Source of the DNA: the human T2T-CHM13v2.0 reference genome, Homo sapiens
Reading direction: 5' to 3' (one strand)
Assembly: GCF_009914755.1 (NCBI RefSeq)
Contig: NC_060931.1
Length of the DNA: 64,000 nt
In this document: piece by piece, positions 22,505-45,295 of the stretch
Layout: each line of letters opens with the position of its first letter
Numbering within the stretch: the first letter of the stretch is position 1
Position numbers and translations under genes: made by a program
The notes under the pieces: model-generated
The model's database searches: none
What the model was told of the DNA's origin: nothing
What the model saw: the letters and a program-made list of their open reading frames with translations, nothing else

Positions 22505-24450
22505 CTGATGTCATGGTGCTTTAGGGGAAGAAGTTGGTGTTCCACGGGGCGTTGGTACTGAAGATGTGGTCCGGGTCACCCCTAGCTCTTTCCTACCCAC
22601 CCAACTCTCCCGCGCCCACCTTTTCCCTCTCTCCTCTAGCACAATGAAGCATGCAGGCCTGGGTGAAGGAATACCTCCTGACAACTCCGGGAATGATGGC
22701 TATGCTAATAATGGGTATAGTGCCCGTGAAGAAGAAAATGAGACACTCACTGAAAATCTGAGAAGCAAAGTAACTGCTATAAAATCTTTTTCCATTGAAA
22801 TAGGCCATGAAGTTAAAACCCAAAATAAATTATTAGCTGTAATGGATTCACAATTTGATTCTACAACTGGATTTCTAGGTAAAACTATGGGCAAACTGGA
22901 GATTTTATCCATAAGGAGCCAAACAAAGCTGCTGTGCTCTGCAATGCTGTTTCATTTATTTGTCTTTTTTTTGTCATTTATTGGATTAGTAAACTGAGGT
23001 GATGCAAGTAATTGTGAAGTTGGAATTTGTTCCAACTTAATGGCTTGGTGTACAACTTTGATAAAAATCGGCACCAAAACATTCCTAGTTTTCAAACGCT
23101 ATGGCATTTTCCATTGAAAATTGCTGCATTTTGCTTGTTTTATAAATCACATTAGATAATACAGTGCTCTTTGAATATTGTCTGTTTTTTATTTTTCTTT
23201 TTAAGTTCTGAGGTACATGTGCAGGATGTGCAGGTTTGTTACATGGGTAAATGTGTGCCATGGTGGTTTGCTGAACCTATCAACCCATCACCATGCCGCT
23301 TAATAGCCCGGCATGAATTAGCTATTCTTCTTGATGCTCTCCCTCCCCCCACCCCACCCTCCCCTGACAGGCCCCAGTGTGTGTTAGTCCCCTCCCTATG
23401 TCTGTGTGTTCTCATTGTTCAGCTCCCACTTACAAGTGAGAACATGTGGTGTTTGGTTTTCTGTTCCTGCATTAGTTTGCTGAAGATAATGGCTTCCAGC
23501 TTCATCCATATACCTGCAAAGGACACGATCTAATTGCTTTTTATGACTGCATAGTATTCCATGGTGTATATGTACCACGTTTTCTTTATCCAGTCTATCA
23601 TTGATCAGCTTTTGGGTTGATTGAATACTGTTTCTTGATGACTCATTTTGCCCCCTGTCTTCAGGGGCAATGAGACTGTATGGCTCCACCAATTTCCAAG
23701 TTGCTTTTCTATTGTTTGCTAACTGTCAGATTAAATAGCATTGTCATGTTCTGTTGTTATCATAAATGTAGGTTTATGTCCCATGTAAGGAAACTTCTAG
23801 TGAGAGAGTAACAGAATGCCTGAAGAGCCTGACTGTAGTTCTAGAAGTAGTCAACCAGTCTGTGATAGAATGGTAACTGAATTTTCCTAACTGCATCAAC
23901 TGTGATGATGTACTCCTGTTTCCTCCTTTATTTAGTTAAAATCATAGACTGATTTCTTTTTACCTATAATCTTACTAATAATTTTTGATGATAGTGACCC
24001 ATCACTTCTCTCTGCCCAAAGAACTCATTCTTTAAGTAATGCTTGTTATGTTGGCATAGTTCTAATAGGGACCAATGCACATGTGTATCCGTATAGTTAT
24101 TGTTTTATATTAACTTTATAAATTCTGTTGACTTGGCTTATAATAGTTTTATGATTTTTACTATATCGGTAGGACTATATATATATTATCATTTGTGACA
24201 GAATAATGTGAAGTTAAGTAATTACTAAACTCTAAATGGAAATAGTATTCAAGAAACTCAAGCACTGAACTTGAATATAAGAGTATTGTTGCTTTAATCC
24301 AGTGTATTTGTTTATGGAAAGAAAAACACAAAGGCAGACTCGAATAAAAAGGAACATTAAAATATTCTTTAAAACTCTGTATTACTACTATTTTGGAATT
24401 TACCCGTTTATAGGCTCCAAAAATAAATTTTCAAATAAAATATTTTTATG
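22505..24450 (+). pseudogene. BET1P1: BET1 (Golgi Qc-SNARE) processed pseudogene with 5' UTR, CDS (ATG 22644) and 3' UTR
   Basis: Intronless AGLGEG...[20 protein letters not shown]...[13 protein letters not shown]...[19 protein letters not shown]; AATAAA at 24422 and 24434; degenerate TSD GAAAAAA(TAC/G)TTTTTGGA at 22487-22504 and 24453-24468. Confidence 0.9.
23184..23620 (-). mobile_element. 5'-truncated L1PA 3' end inserted in the BET1 retrocopy 3' UTR
   Basis: T-rich tail, GTACATGTGCAGGATGTGCAGGTTTGTTACATGGGTAAA; TSD-like TTGAATAYTGT at 23171 and 23621. Confidence 0.85.
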
Positions 24451-24940
24451 AAGAAAAAAGTTTTTGGAATAAATGGATTTTCTAATGTTCCTTGGGATCA
24501 TGCTACATAAGATGGTATCTAGCTCCCTGCCCCCCAACAGAGACACAGTTAAATTGGCCAGTGATTACTTTAGCAGGGAAAATAAATTAATAAATAAATA
24601 ATTTTGGAAACATTTTCATGTAAGTACTAAATGTCAAAACTCACTTTCTATGAGGTAACTATTTAGTAATTTCTTTGTAAGTGGCTCTGAGGATATTTTT
24701 AGCACCAGTACTGCCTCCTAGAATCTCTCTGTTCTTTAGCCAGGTCCCAAGGAAGCTAATCTAATCTGGTTGCAAAGTCTGTCCCACAGTACGCACAATT
24801 CAAATAAGAGTTATCCACCCACAGCTCTGGTGACACAACTCAAGCCTTGCTTTTACACCCAAGCAAGTGCTGATGTTTTGGATAGAAACCAAAGCACTTT
24901 CTGTCATCCTGCAATCCGTGAGAGGGCCCTTCAAACTGAG

Positions 24941-25318
24941 TGTGATGGTCATTCTTATGTGTCACTTAGCAAGGCCATAGTACCCAATGATCTAACCAAA
25001 CACTAATCCAGGTGTTGCTGTGAGGGTATTTTGCAGATGTGGTTAATGTGAAGTAACAATTACCTTCCAGAACATAGAGGGAAATCATCCAGGCAGTTGA
25101 AAGTCTTAAGACAATAACCGATTTCCCAGAAAAGGAATTCCACCTCAAGACTGCAGTGTCTACTCCTGGCTGAGTGTCCAGCCTGCCCACCTGTACTACA
25201 GATTTTGGACATACCAGACCCCGAAATCACATGAGCCAATTTCTAGATATAAATCTCTTAATAGATATATATCTCTTAATAGATATATTCTGTTTCCCTG
25301 GAGAAACCTGGCCAATAG
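24941..25318 (+). mobile_element. MLT2-family ERVL LTR
   Basis: TGTGATGGTCATTCTTATGTGTCAC...GTTTCCCTGGAGAAACCTG. Confidence 0.7.
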
Positions 25319-25384
25319 TCAAAACTGATTATTGCTACTGATACTCAGAGAAAGAGCAAACCTGAACATAAATCTCATCTTTTT

Positions 25385-25717
<333 letters not shown>

Positions 25718-26733
25718 TCAAGAATGATATTGGGGTGGACATTTTTTAAAGATGTGATTGCATGAGGGGGAAGGCAAATGGGAAAACCAACCATTTTTTC
25801 ACTCCATCTTGCTGCAATGCTGATGGTTTAGAACTCAAGACTCTCTGTTTTCTCATGTGCTGCCCCTGGATTGTCTTGAACGGTGGTCTCCACAGGAGCC
25901 GGTAAGGAGGGGCTCCTGAGCATCAGAGGAAAACAGGTGGCACTGGTAGGTGCCTGGAAAGGTGTGTGAGGAGAAGATAAGGCGATGCTGAAAGAGCTGC
26001 AGAGGGGTAGGTGGACTTGGAAGCGGATATTCCTACACTGGGGGAGGCCAGGGACCTGGCAAACTTGGCGGTCTTGTAATACCATCTACCCCTTTTAACT
26101 ACCAGGGAACTAAGATTTCCAGGGTTTCCTAAAGCAGCAGTGACATGAGGCCAAGTCTGCACCCGAGATTGAGGGGGTGAAAGGATATTAAAGGGAGAAG
26201 GCAGCTTTTTCAGGTGTTTCAGGGCAAACTGAGTGCCTGTAGGGCCTGAATCTGTGGCTGCCCCTGTGTGCTGAGAGGGATCAGCCCTCCGGGAAAACAT
26301 GCAGCAAAGCTATTCACGTGCTGTGTTTGGCCAAGAGATTGGTGGCGGGCCATTTCCTCCGAGAAGGAGAACCTGAAATTGCTACTGTCTCGGAATCCAG
26401 CCTGAACAGAAAGAGAAGTGAAAAGGGTGCTTCTCAGAAACATCAGGATTGTTCTCATTTGCCTCAATTATTTTATTGAGGAGTTTTTCCTCTCCAGTCA
26501 CAGTGCTATCCCTCTAGCCCAAACCACCACTACAGAGAACCCCACCCAAGTGCCACACCAGCCCTCTGGACAGCACTATCATCGCTCCCCTCCAAAAAAA
26601 AAAAAAAAAAGCCTATTCTGGGCTGGCCATCAACTCACCTCACTCATCTTATATCCATCAATCCTTCCATTAATTCATTTTAAAATGGTATTAAATGTCT
26701 CACACATGGAATATGGTTGGACCAGTTTAACCT

Positions 26734-27035
26734 GTCCAGGCACAGTGGCTAATGCCTGTAATCCCAGCACTTTAGGAGGGAGGCCGAGACTGGAGGATCA
26801 CCTGAGCCCAGGAGTTCAAGACCAGCCCTGGCCACATGGTAAAACCCCATCTCTACCAAAAAAAAAAAAAAAAATTAGCCTGGCACAGTGGTTCATGCCT
26901 ATAGTCTCAGCGACTAAGGAGGCTGATGTAGGAGGATCACTTGAACCCAGGAGGCCAAAGTTGCAGTGAGTCATGATTGTGTCACTGCACTCCAGCCTGG
27001 GTGACAGAGTGAGACCCTGTCTCAAAAAGAAAGAA
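26734..27035 (+). mobile_element. AluJ
   Basis: Dimeric Alu with GGAGGATCAC..GAGCCCAGGAG J-type positions. Confidence 0.85.
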
Positions 27036-27040
27036 AGAAA

Positions 27041-27137
27041 AAGAAAGGAAGGAAGGAAGGAAGGAGGGAAGGAAAGGAAGGAAGGAAGGAAGGAAGGAAG
27101 GAAGGAAGGAAGGAAGGAAGGAAGGAAGGAAGGAAGG
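27041..27137. repeat. (GGAA)n microsatellite grown from the Alu tail
   Basis: 15 uninterrupted GGAA units at 27076-27135 plus interrupted units upstream. Confidence 0.92.
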
Positions 27138-27669
27138 GGAGCAGCTCATGCCTCAAACTGGGAGAGCATCATCTCTAAGCTAATGAGAGTAAAGAATGGT
27201 TCCCTCCACTATGAGGGACATGGTGGAGAAGGGGAAGGTGGAGACCCCCACTGGAAAAACTGTGAAATGCTCTGAAACTAGTGGTTGACCTTGGACAGAT
27301 TATCTTACTCTCATTTGCCAAAAGTAGCAATAATATTCTCTCTACTTCCCTCACTGGAGTTTCCAAAAGATAAATGGCATGCTGATTAGAAAAACATAAC
27401 GTGCAGTTGTGAGGATCTGCCAGTTAGAGGGTTATGAGTCAGGGTAACTGCCTAGTAATAAAGCCCTTGCCATCTATGACTTCATTCTTGTGGACAGTGG
27501 AGTTTTAACTACTTCTATATATATATATAAACCACACTAAGCCAAGAATTTACTAACAGGGAAAATTATTGGGGCAAAAGGTGAGGAGTATAGGGGAACT
27601 CTCAGTATTTTTCATTCCCATTTTTCTGTAACTCTAAAACTGCTTTGAAAAATATATACATAAACGTAA

Positions 27670-27735
27670 CTGTATATATATACATACAGTTATATATATA
27701 TTTATATATTATATATTTATATATATTATATATAC

Positions 27736-27775
<40 letters not shown>

Positions 27776-27776
27776 A
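27670..27776. repeat. (TA)n low-complexity tract
   Basis: Directly visible. Confidence 0.9.
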
Positions 27777-28889
27777 CTGCAGATCATCTTGAGTCCTATT
27801 CCTGAAATCTTTCTCCCCTCTTTAAGATGGAAACTACTTCCATCAAGTGGAGTGGTATAGTCAACAACAAAAGGCAATGGGAATAAAATGAGATTGAAAT
27901 CAAAAGATGAATTTTCAGCCTGTCCTTCAAAGACTATCCCCTACCTTCTGTGGAAGACCAGGGTGGGGGAAGGATGTTCAGGTGATCTTTCCTTGCCCTG
28001 CAATTTGTGGGGAAGCCATATGTGTACCCACATAGAGGGTGCAGCAGCCACTATGTGCATATATGAAAATGCTCTTGCACAAACACAAGAAATGAGCTCA
28101 TCAGTATCACCATAGGGGTACCATCTGAGCTCATTCTATTCCAGACTTTAGGTTCTTAAAAATATAATATCAGTCATATTTTCAGTTAGCACATATCTGG
28201 GACTTTAGGGTATATGATTTTTTCTCCTAATTCAGGAATAAAGAAACTGAGGTTTAGAAAGATCAAGTGTCTTGTCCACGCTGGCACAGACTGTTACTGG
28301 TAGAACTGGGGGGTCGGGGTGGGGGAGAGAAGAGAAAATGAAAGAAAACAAAACAAGCCTTGTTATCTGCCAGGTCCTGGAATTTCTTGCAAGGTCTACA
28401 GATGGCCTAGGAGCAACCCTCCCTCTCCTAGGCAGTCTCTCTCACTGTCTTATAGGCTCTTTATAAAAACACAAGAGCAATGAGACATGATGAACCTGGC
28501 CACAAATTTGGTCTGCTAGAGAGAGAGAGAGAGAGAGAGAGAGGGACCATATCCCTGGGGACAGGAAAATAACAATGTGTGTGGGTTTCCGTACAAAGCC
28601 GCCCTCAGAGGGTGACTCAAGGCCCTGAGAGACAGCCAGGGTAAGAAGCTGTTTGTAAAACAGCTCTGCTTCCTTTTTCCCACCACACCTCTGTGATGCT
28701 TTTGTGCAAAACAAACTTTTTACCAGAATTAGCAGGAGCACTGAGACCCGGAAAAGCCACTAAACATCTGAATATGGCTGCATCCCAGGGAAGGCCAACA
28801 GCTGCCTGTTACTGGCCCAGGCTGGACATATACACATCTCCCAGCCACCATCTGCAGTGCGCCATAAAGAGAGTTTCTTATTTTTGTTG

Positions 28890-29010
28890 TTTTTTTTTTT
28901 GAGAAATGGGGTCTCCCTATGTTGCCCAGGCTAGTCTTGAACTCCTGAGCTCAAGTGATACACCTGCTTCAGCCTCCCAAAGTGCTGGGATTATAGGCAT
29001 GAGCCTGGCC
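28890..29010 (-). mobile_element. Alu monomer (FLAM-like)
   Basis: Poly-T plus left-arm sequence only. Confidence 0.75.
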
Positions 29011-30084
29011 AAGAGAGTTTCCTATATTGAATTCTAGATGGCAGTGAGGACTGAACCCAAGGGCACTCTCCAGGTTCCACTGCACAAGGAGCAGGCATCT
29101 TTCTTGAAACATTTTATGGCTCCCTCTTACTTCTGCCAAATGCCCTGCCCTCAGGTTACCTGTGCTCTGACCTGAGGGGGAGGCAAGGCTTAGGAGATTT
29201 CCCCACCCAGGAGGATTTCATTTCCGCAGGGACCAGGAAGACATCTGACCCCATTCATGATGTGATTTAGCCAAAGTGACAAGCCCTTGACAAGTTAACA
29301 AGGGGCTCGGGAGAAGGGAAGAGGGTGGCCCCGGTCATGCTGGGAGCCTCTGTGTTGTGGTGGTGGGTGCAGGGGGAGTGGGCAGAGCTCCTCTCTGGGG
29401 ACTTTCTCAGGTGAATGAGGCAGAGCTTGATCAGTTACTTGCACATTTGCATTTAGATGGATTCAGTTTTTAAAGAAATTATAAGCCAGAGAGTGAGATA
29501 CAGGTGACTCCTGATTCTTTGATTTAGTTTGGAGAGGAGGGCGGTTCTAACGCAGATAACATATACACTTCGCACTTTGCAATGAAAGCCAGATTTGACT
29601 TCCAAAATATTCTCTCATATTAATATTGTAATGTTCACTTTTCATATAATAACAGTTATAACTTTCCCTCTCTAAAAGTCTGTAGAATTATGGTGGTTTC
29701 ATTTCAAAATGTGTTTTCCTAACAGTGAGATGTAAATAGAAATCTGGTAATTCCTAACAGGACTAAATTCTTATAAGATTTTTTGGACAAATCTAAAGGG
29801 AATCACTGATATGTCTCTCTCCTACCACAGACATGCAGGTAATAAAATAAAATAGTCAAAGAGTTTGAGAATCTTATCTCCTTTAAGTTCACAGTGTGCT
29901 AAGTAAAATAGAACTGTCAACTGTGGTCACATATCTTGCAAATACCACCCCCTGCTGTTTGTCTCTTAAGTTTGCTATGGTGAGTTTTTTGCTGTCTGGA
30001 AATTTGAACAAATGTTTTCTTTATGGCGCTGTCATTCTTAGAAAGCTCTCCTTTTTTGTCCCATTATTTAAAAATATATTACTT

Positions 30085-30745
30085 ATGTCCACACAAAAAT
30101 CTGCACACAAAGGTTTATAGCAGCTTTATTCATAATTGTCAAAACTTAGAAACAACCAAGATATCTTTCAATAGGTGGATGGATAAATAAAGTGTAGCAC
30201 ATCTAGACCATGGAATCTTATTCATTCAAAAAGTAACTGGGCTAACAAGTCATGAGAAAGCATAAAGAAAACTTACATGCATATTGCTAAGTGAACTAAG
30301 CCAATCTGAAAAGGCTATATACTGTATGATTCCAACTAAATGGTATTCTGTAAAAGGCAAAATGATGGAGACAGTAAACCAATCAGTGGTTGCTGGCGGT
30401 TCCAGGTGATGGAGGGAGAGATGGATAGGTGGAATATAGGGAATTGTTAGGGTAGTGAAACTATTCTGTGTGATACTATAATGGTAGATACATGTCACTA
30501 CACATTCATCAAAGTCCATAGAATATACAACACCAAGGCTGAATCTTAATGTAAACTATGAACTTTAATTAATAATAATTTATCAATATTGGCCCATCAA
30601 TTACAACAAATGTATCACACTAATGCAAGATGTTACTAATAGGGGGAATTGCTAGGGCAGACGGTGAGGAGTATAGGGGAACTCTCAGTATTTATCATTC
30701 CCATTTTTCTGTAAACCTCAAACTGCTTTTTAAAACAAAACCTAT
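30085..30745 (+). mobile_element. Old L1M (MB/MC-type) 3' end
   Basis: TTTATAGCAGCTTTATTCATAATTG...AAGGCTATATACTGTATGATTCCAACT...AATGTAAACTATGAACTTTA. Confidence 0.8.
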
Positions 30746-31168
30746 TAATTTTAAAAAGGGGGAGATTAAAGAAGATAAGATGAGGAAAGAGTGAGTAAAA
30801 GAAGGTGGGATAGGGAGAGAGGAGTTGAGAAGGGATGAGAAGAGGAGAGAGTGGGAAAGAGGGGAAGAGGAAAACAGGGAGGAGAGGGGTAGGAGGGAAG
30901 AACAAGGGTCACTTGCACACGGTAAACTCCTTACCCTATAAGAACTTATTATACAACACATTGGAGAGACAGCCAAGATAACTAAGTTGTCATTAGATTA
31001 AAATTATATGAATAATATGAAGGTGTGAAGTGAGTCTTATATAACAAAAGCCTTATATTAACCCAAGATGTAGATCATCTTTTATACTGCTACTCTGTAC
31101 GACTTTTATGGTTCATAATAAATGCTTTTATTTTTCATGATTCACCTAACAATATTTTCTTTATCTAG

Positions 31169-31477
<309 letters not shown>

Positions 31478-31530
31478 CTTGTTTTGTTTTAAGCCTGCTT
31501 TGGCTTATCTGTATCTCTCAGTTAATTCCC

Positions 31531-31540
31531 AGGATGGATG

Positions 31541-31579
<39 letters not shown>

Positions 31580-31603
31580 TCATAGATAGATAGATAGATG
31601 ATA
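31531..31603. repeat. (GGAT)n(GATA)n tetranucleotide STR
   Basis: Directly visible. Confidence 0.9.
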
Positions 31604-31699
31604 GAATACAGATATTAATATCTAATAATATAGAGATCTATAGGCTAATAATTGTATATAATATGTATAATATATGTAATAGCAGAGAAGTGGGACTAT

Positions 31700-32855
31700 G
31701 ATAATTTGAGGCCTTAAACTATCTGTGAATATATACAATGTTATTTAATGATACACTCTAATTAATTAAAAACATATAACTCCTGTACCAAGGACTAAAC
31801 TTTTTTTAAAGGGTGAACAAATAATAAGTCAATAGAGGAGATGAAATAGAATCATAATTCCAGTAAATGCTCAATTACCTCAAGAGAAGGCAGGAAAAAA
31901 TAAAGGACAGATGGATTAAATAAAAAATAGCTAAGAAAATGGTAGATTTTAATTCAGTTATATAATAACACGAAATGTGAATGATCAAAATATACCAATT
32001 AAAAGACAGAAATTTCCAGATATGATTTAAAAACAAGACCTATGTATATGCTGCCTTAAGAAAAAGTCACTTTAAAAACAAAGACATAAATATGTTACAA
32101 ATAAAAGAATATTAAAAATGTATACCATCAAACAATATCCAAAAGAAAGCTGGAATAGCTATATTCATGTTAAAAAAAAAAAGAAGCTTTATCAAGTTGA
32201 ATGATGAAGAAAAAGGTGAAATCTTAAAAAAATAAAAAATAAAAATAAATAAAAATTTTTTAAAACTTCAGAACAAAGAGTATTATCAAAGGTAAAAAGA
32301 AATACTACATAATGATAAAAATGCCAATTTACCAAAGTAACATAACAATCCTAAATGTATATGAACTTAACAAAAGAGCTTCAAAACTCTTAAAGAAAAA
32401 TTGAAAGAACCAAAAGCTGATATAGATGAATATCTACATTACAGTTGGAGATTTTAACACATCTCTCTCAGTAATGGATAGAACAAGTAGCTAGAAGATC
32501 ATTAAGTATGTAGATGACTTGACCACTATCAACCAATTTGACCTATTGACACTATTGACCTAATGACACTATTGACCTATTGACACTTGACCTATAGCAT
32601 ACTTCGATCAACAACAGAACACACATTCTTCTCAAATGCACATGGAGCATTCACCAAAATAGACCATATTCTGAGCCATGAAACAAACCTTAACAAATCT
32701 AAAACAATAGAAATTACATAAAGTATATTTTTACACCAAAATGGAATTAAATTCAAAATAAATAACAGAAAGAATCTAGAAATTGTCCAAAGATTTGAAA
32801 ATTAAACACATACTTGAAAATAACCCTTGGGTACAAGAAACCTCAAGGCAAATTT
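31700..32855 (+). mobile_element. Old L1M ORF2 endonuclease region (host of the L1PA; resumes at 35335)
   Basis: GTTGGAGATTTTAACAC and CATTCACCAAAATAGACCATATTCTG endonuclease-region motifs. Confidence 0.75.
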
Positions 32856-37985
<5,130 letters not shown>

Positions 37986-37989
37986 AATG

Positions 37990-38582
37990 CAGAAGAGGAG
38001 GCAAAAATTTGCCCCTCCTCTTTTATGGTTTTGTTGTTGTTGTTGTTGGGGGTTTTTTGTTTTTGTTTTGTTTTCTTGTTTGTTTGTTTGTTGCCTGGGC
38101 CTGGAGAATTAAATAGACATAAGACAAATCAACAGGAGAAAAGTATATAAATTATTTAATGCAAGTTTTTTAATGGCAGGAGAGCATTCATAAGGAAATG
38201 AAGACACAAAGCAGCAGCTAGAGTCAAACATTTATGCCCTGAATTGTGAAAATGTAACAAGGCAAAGGGGCTTATGCTAGGGTAAATAACTGGGTAAATA
38301 AGTAATTAGGAACATAAGGGATGCTTGTATAGATTCCTATCAGCCTCAACTTCCTATCCTTTGTGATGAGAATGTTACTTTCTTCTTGGTTTAGGGAGAA
38401 CACCTTTCACATGGGAATTTCATCTCTGGCTTTTAAAGAACAGTGAAGGTCAGAGTGATCTTCTTGCATCTCCTGTTTTTATGTGCCTTTAGTTTAAAAT
38501 AATTCTGATGCCAAAGTGGCATATTTGGGGATGATGTGTTCTGAGTGACATGTTTTGGGGTAGTGTATTCTGAGCCTCTTCA
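37990..38582 (-). mobile_element. MER4-group ERV1 LTR (MER34-like), 3' LTR
   Basis: Minus strand begins TGAAGAGGCTCAGAATACACTACCCC and contains ATATGCCACTTTGGCA; preceded by purine tract AAATGGGGAA. Confidence 0.6.
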
Positions 38583-41210
<2,628 letters not shown>

Positions 41211-41510
41211 GGCCGAGTATGGTGGCTCACACCTTTAATCTCCACATTTTGGGAGGCCAAGGCAGGAGGATGGCTTGAGCCTGGGAGTTAATACCAGCCT
41301 GGGCAACACAGACCTAGCTCTACAAAATATTTTTTAAAACATTAGCGGAAGACAGTAGCATGCACCAGTAGTCCCAGCTACTCAGGAGGCTGAAGTAGGA
41401 GGATCCATTGAGCCCGGGGGTCAAGGCCGCAGTGAGCTGTGATCATGCCACTGCATCGTAACCTGGGTAACAGAGTGAGACCCTATTTCAAAAAATAAAA
41501 ACAATAATAA
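41211..41510 (+). mobile_element. AluJ
   Basis: Diverged dimeric Alu. Confidence 0.85.
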
Positions 41511-42608
41511 AAACTAGGAGTGGAAAGGATAGGGGTTTAGATGAAACAAGATTGCCCATGTATAACTGTTGATGCCTAATGATAGATATGTTGAGTTCAG
41601 TACGCTATTTTTTCTACTTCTATGTATTTAGAATTTTCCACTTAAAAAGTTTTTTTAAATAGATGGACAGAGGTTTATCAAAGTTCATAATATTTCAATT
41701 TTTCCAAATATTTTAGATATAATGGGTTAAATGGGATACTTTTCAACCTTTCAGTGAAAGAGTAAGACATACAATTTATAGTCATTTGATATGTCTTGAT
41801 AAAGCTTTTTTGGTATACTTCCCAGACATTGAGAAATCAAGTGATTCTAATGACTGGCCATTAAATCCTTCTGCAAGTCAAGCAGTCTCCACTATTTTGT
41901 TTTCAACAAAAAGGAAGACAGATATATCCATCAATAGAAATTAAAAATTAATGAGAAACCACTATGCGGTTTTGGCATTTATTTTGGAAGGAGTACAAAG
42001 AATTGAGTGGCATTAGCATAACAGAATTGATTATATTTCTATTGATTCGTTTATATGAACAAGGCTTCTCAATTTTTGCACTGAAGTAATTTCATTTAAA
42101 AATGTTAATATCTACAATGTGCTAGAAATTACATCCTTTGCAAATATTCATGATGAAAAAATTTTAGAAGTTCAGCTTAAAATCAAGAGAAGACCTAAAT
42201 TTTTAAAAATCCCTTTAGTGAATACAGAAGTAAAAAAGTTTGAAGACCATTGCCTTAAAGAAAAACTTACATGAATGCATAAGGATATTTTGTAAGAAGA
42301 CTCATGATAGTAAAAAGCTACAAACAACCCAAATATTCATCAATACTGCATTGGATAAGCAAATTATAGAATATCCACACAGTGGAATGATATTCAGCAG
42401 GAAAAATGAACAAAACACAATTACCTACATCAACATGAATAAATATCATATACATAATGTTTAATCAAAGAAGAACCGTTCTTTTCCCAGAAGAATACAG
42501 AATCTGATTCCATTTTTGACAAGGTTAGTCGTGGAAAAAAACTAAAAATATATATTGTTTAGAGCAACAGACATAGGTGATACAAAACTATAAAGAAAAG
42601 CAAGGAAA

Positions 42609-42910
42609 GGCTGGGCGCGGTGACTCACGCCTGTAATCCAAACTCTTTGGGAGGCCAGAGCAGAAGGATTCCTGAGGACAGGAGTTCGAGACCAGCCTGG
42701 GCAAAACAGTGAGGCCCTATCTCTACAAAAAAAAAAAAAAAATTGGCCAGGTGAGGTGGTGCACAAGGTGATCTTGCTACACAAAAGTCCAAAGTGGGAG
42801 GATCGTTTGAGCCCAGGAGGTCAAGGCTGCAGTGAGCTATGATTGCACCACTGCACTCCAGCCTAGGCAATGGAGCAACACCCTATCTCAAAAAAAAGAA
42901 AAAGAAAGAA
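42609..42910 (+). mobile_element. AluJ within old L1ME fragments
   Basis: GGAGGATCGTTTGAGCCCAGGAGGTCAAGGCTGCAGTGAGCTATGAT. Confidence 0.85.
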
Positions 42911-43507
42911 AGTGAATGATTAACACAAAAGAGAGGATAGTAATAATACCCTAGCGACAGGGAGAGGAACTCACGGAGGTGGGATGGGAAGCTTCGAAGG
43001 GCAATGCTCTACTCCTTAAACTGGGTATGGCTTTATTGAGCTTTATGCTGTACATATACTCTTATATATATATATTCATGATATACTTAACTATAAATAT
43101 AGCTCAACCATATTGAAAAACATGAAACAAGACCTGAACAAACAGAAAAACAGACCATGTTCTTGTATGAAAATACTTACCACTATGAAGATATACATTC
43201 TTCCAAAATGGATATATACATAATTAAATTCCAATTGAAATCTGTTGTTTTTGTGTGTGGAATTAGATATGCTTTCTTCAGGCTCCCTTGTGCGGAAAAA
43301 AAATGCCTGAACATAAGTTAGTCTGGCATCGGCATAAAACACACAAATAAATCAGTAGGACAATATACATAGTACAGAATGAATCCTAGTTAATAATGGG
43401 AATAAATGTATGAAAAAGCAGAGGAAAATTGGTTATTTAGTTAAGTGGTGAGGAAAAAACAGCTTTCCAATTAGAAGAAAGTAAAGCTGGGCTGCTACCT
43501 CACACTA

Positions 43508-43870
<363 letters not shown>

Positions 43871-44329
43871 TTAAGACAAAATACAGGAGATTATATGTAC
43901 AAGCCAAGAGTTGAATGTACTTTCTTAACCAAGACATGAAGCCAGAAGTTATAAAAGAAAAGATGGCTTTAAAGTGTTTAATATGGCAAAGATGCCATTA
44001 ACAAATTTAAAGATAAAAAAATAAATTTTTCTCTTGAGCCCAGGAGTTGTAGGCTGCAGTGAGATCTGATTGCACCACTGAAATCCAGCTTGGGTAACAG
44101 AGTGAGACCTCATCTCTAATGAAAAAAAAAAAAATTAAGATGAAATTTTAAAATCTATGTTACCAAAAAAACTCACAAAAATAAAAATGTGCAACATCCT
44201 TAGACTGTTCACAGATGAACAATCAATGGCCAATACACATGTGAAAAAAATTCACTTCATAATGAAGGAAATGAAAATCAAAACAACTTGAAAGCATTGT
44301 AAAAAGTTATATACTATTGACAAAAATTA

Positions 44330-44640
<311 letters not shown>

Positions 44641-44976
44641 TTATTACAGCCTTTTAAGAAAGCTCTCAATAGGATTTATTTTATTTTAAAATATTTATAC
44701 ACTTTAATGCATCAACCCTATTCCAAAGACTCCGTCTCATGGCAATAAAAGCTCCAGTTAGTATAGTCTGGTTTTGCAGAATTGTTTCTAGAGGCAAAAA
44801 CATAGGAAGAGAGGTAAAAGTGCATCAGTAGGGATACTCATATTGGTATACTCATATCATGGAAATATTATGCAGCACTAAAAAGGATTATTAGAATGGC
44901 TAAAATTAAATACACTGAACACACTGAGTGTTGGTGAAGATGTGGAGGGACTGGTGGTATATAAAATGGTGCAATT

Positions 44977-45295
<319 letters not shown>

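Noticed and set aside
26418-27275. 183-aa and 100-aa ORFs
   Set aside because: They run through an AluJ and the GGAA microsatellite; repeat-derived.
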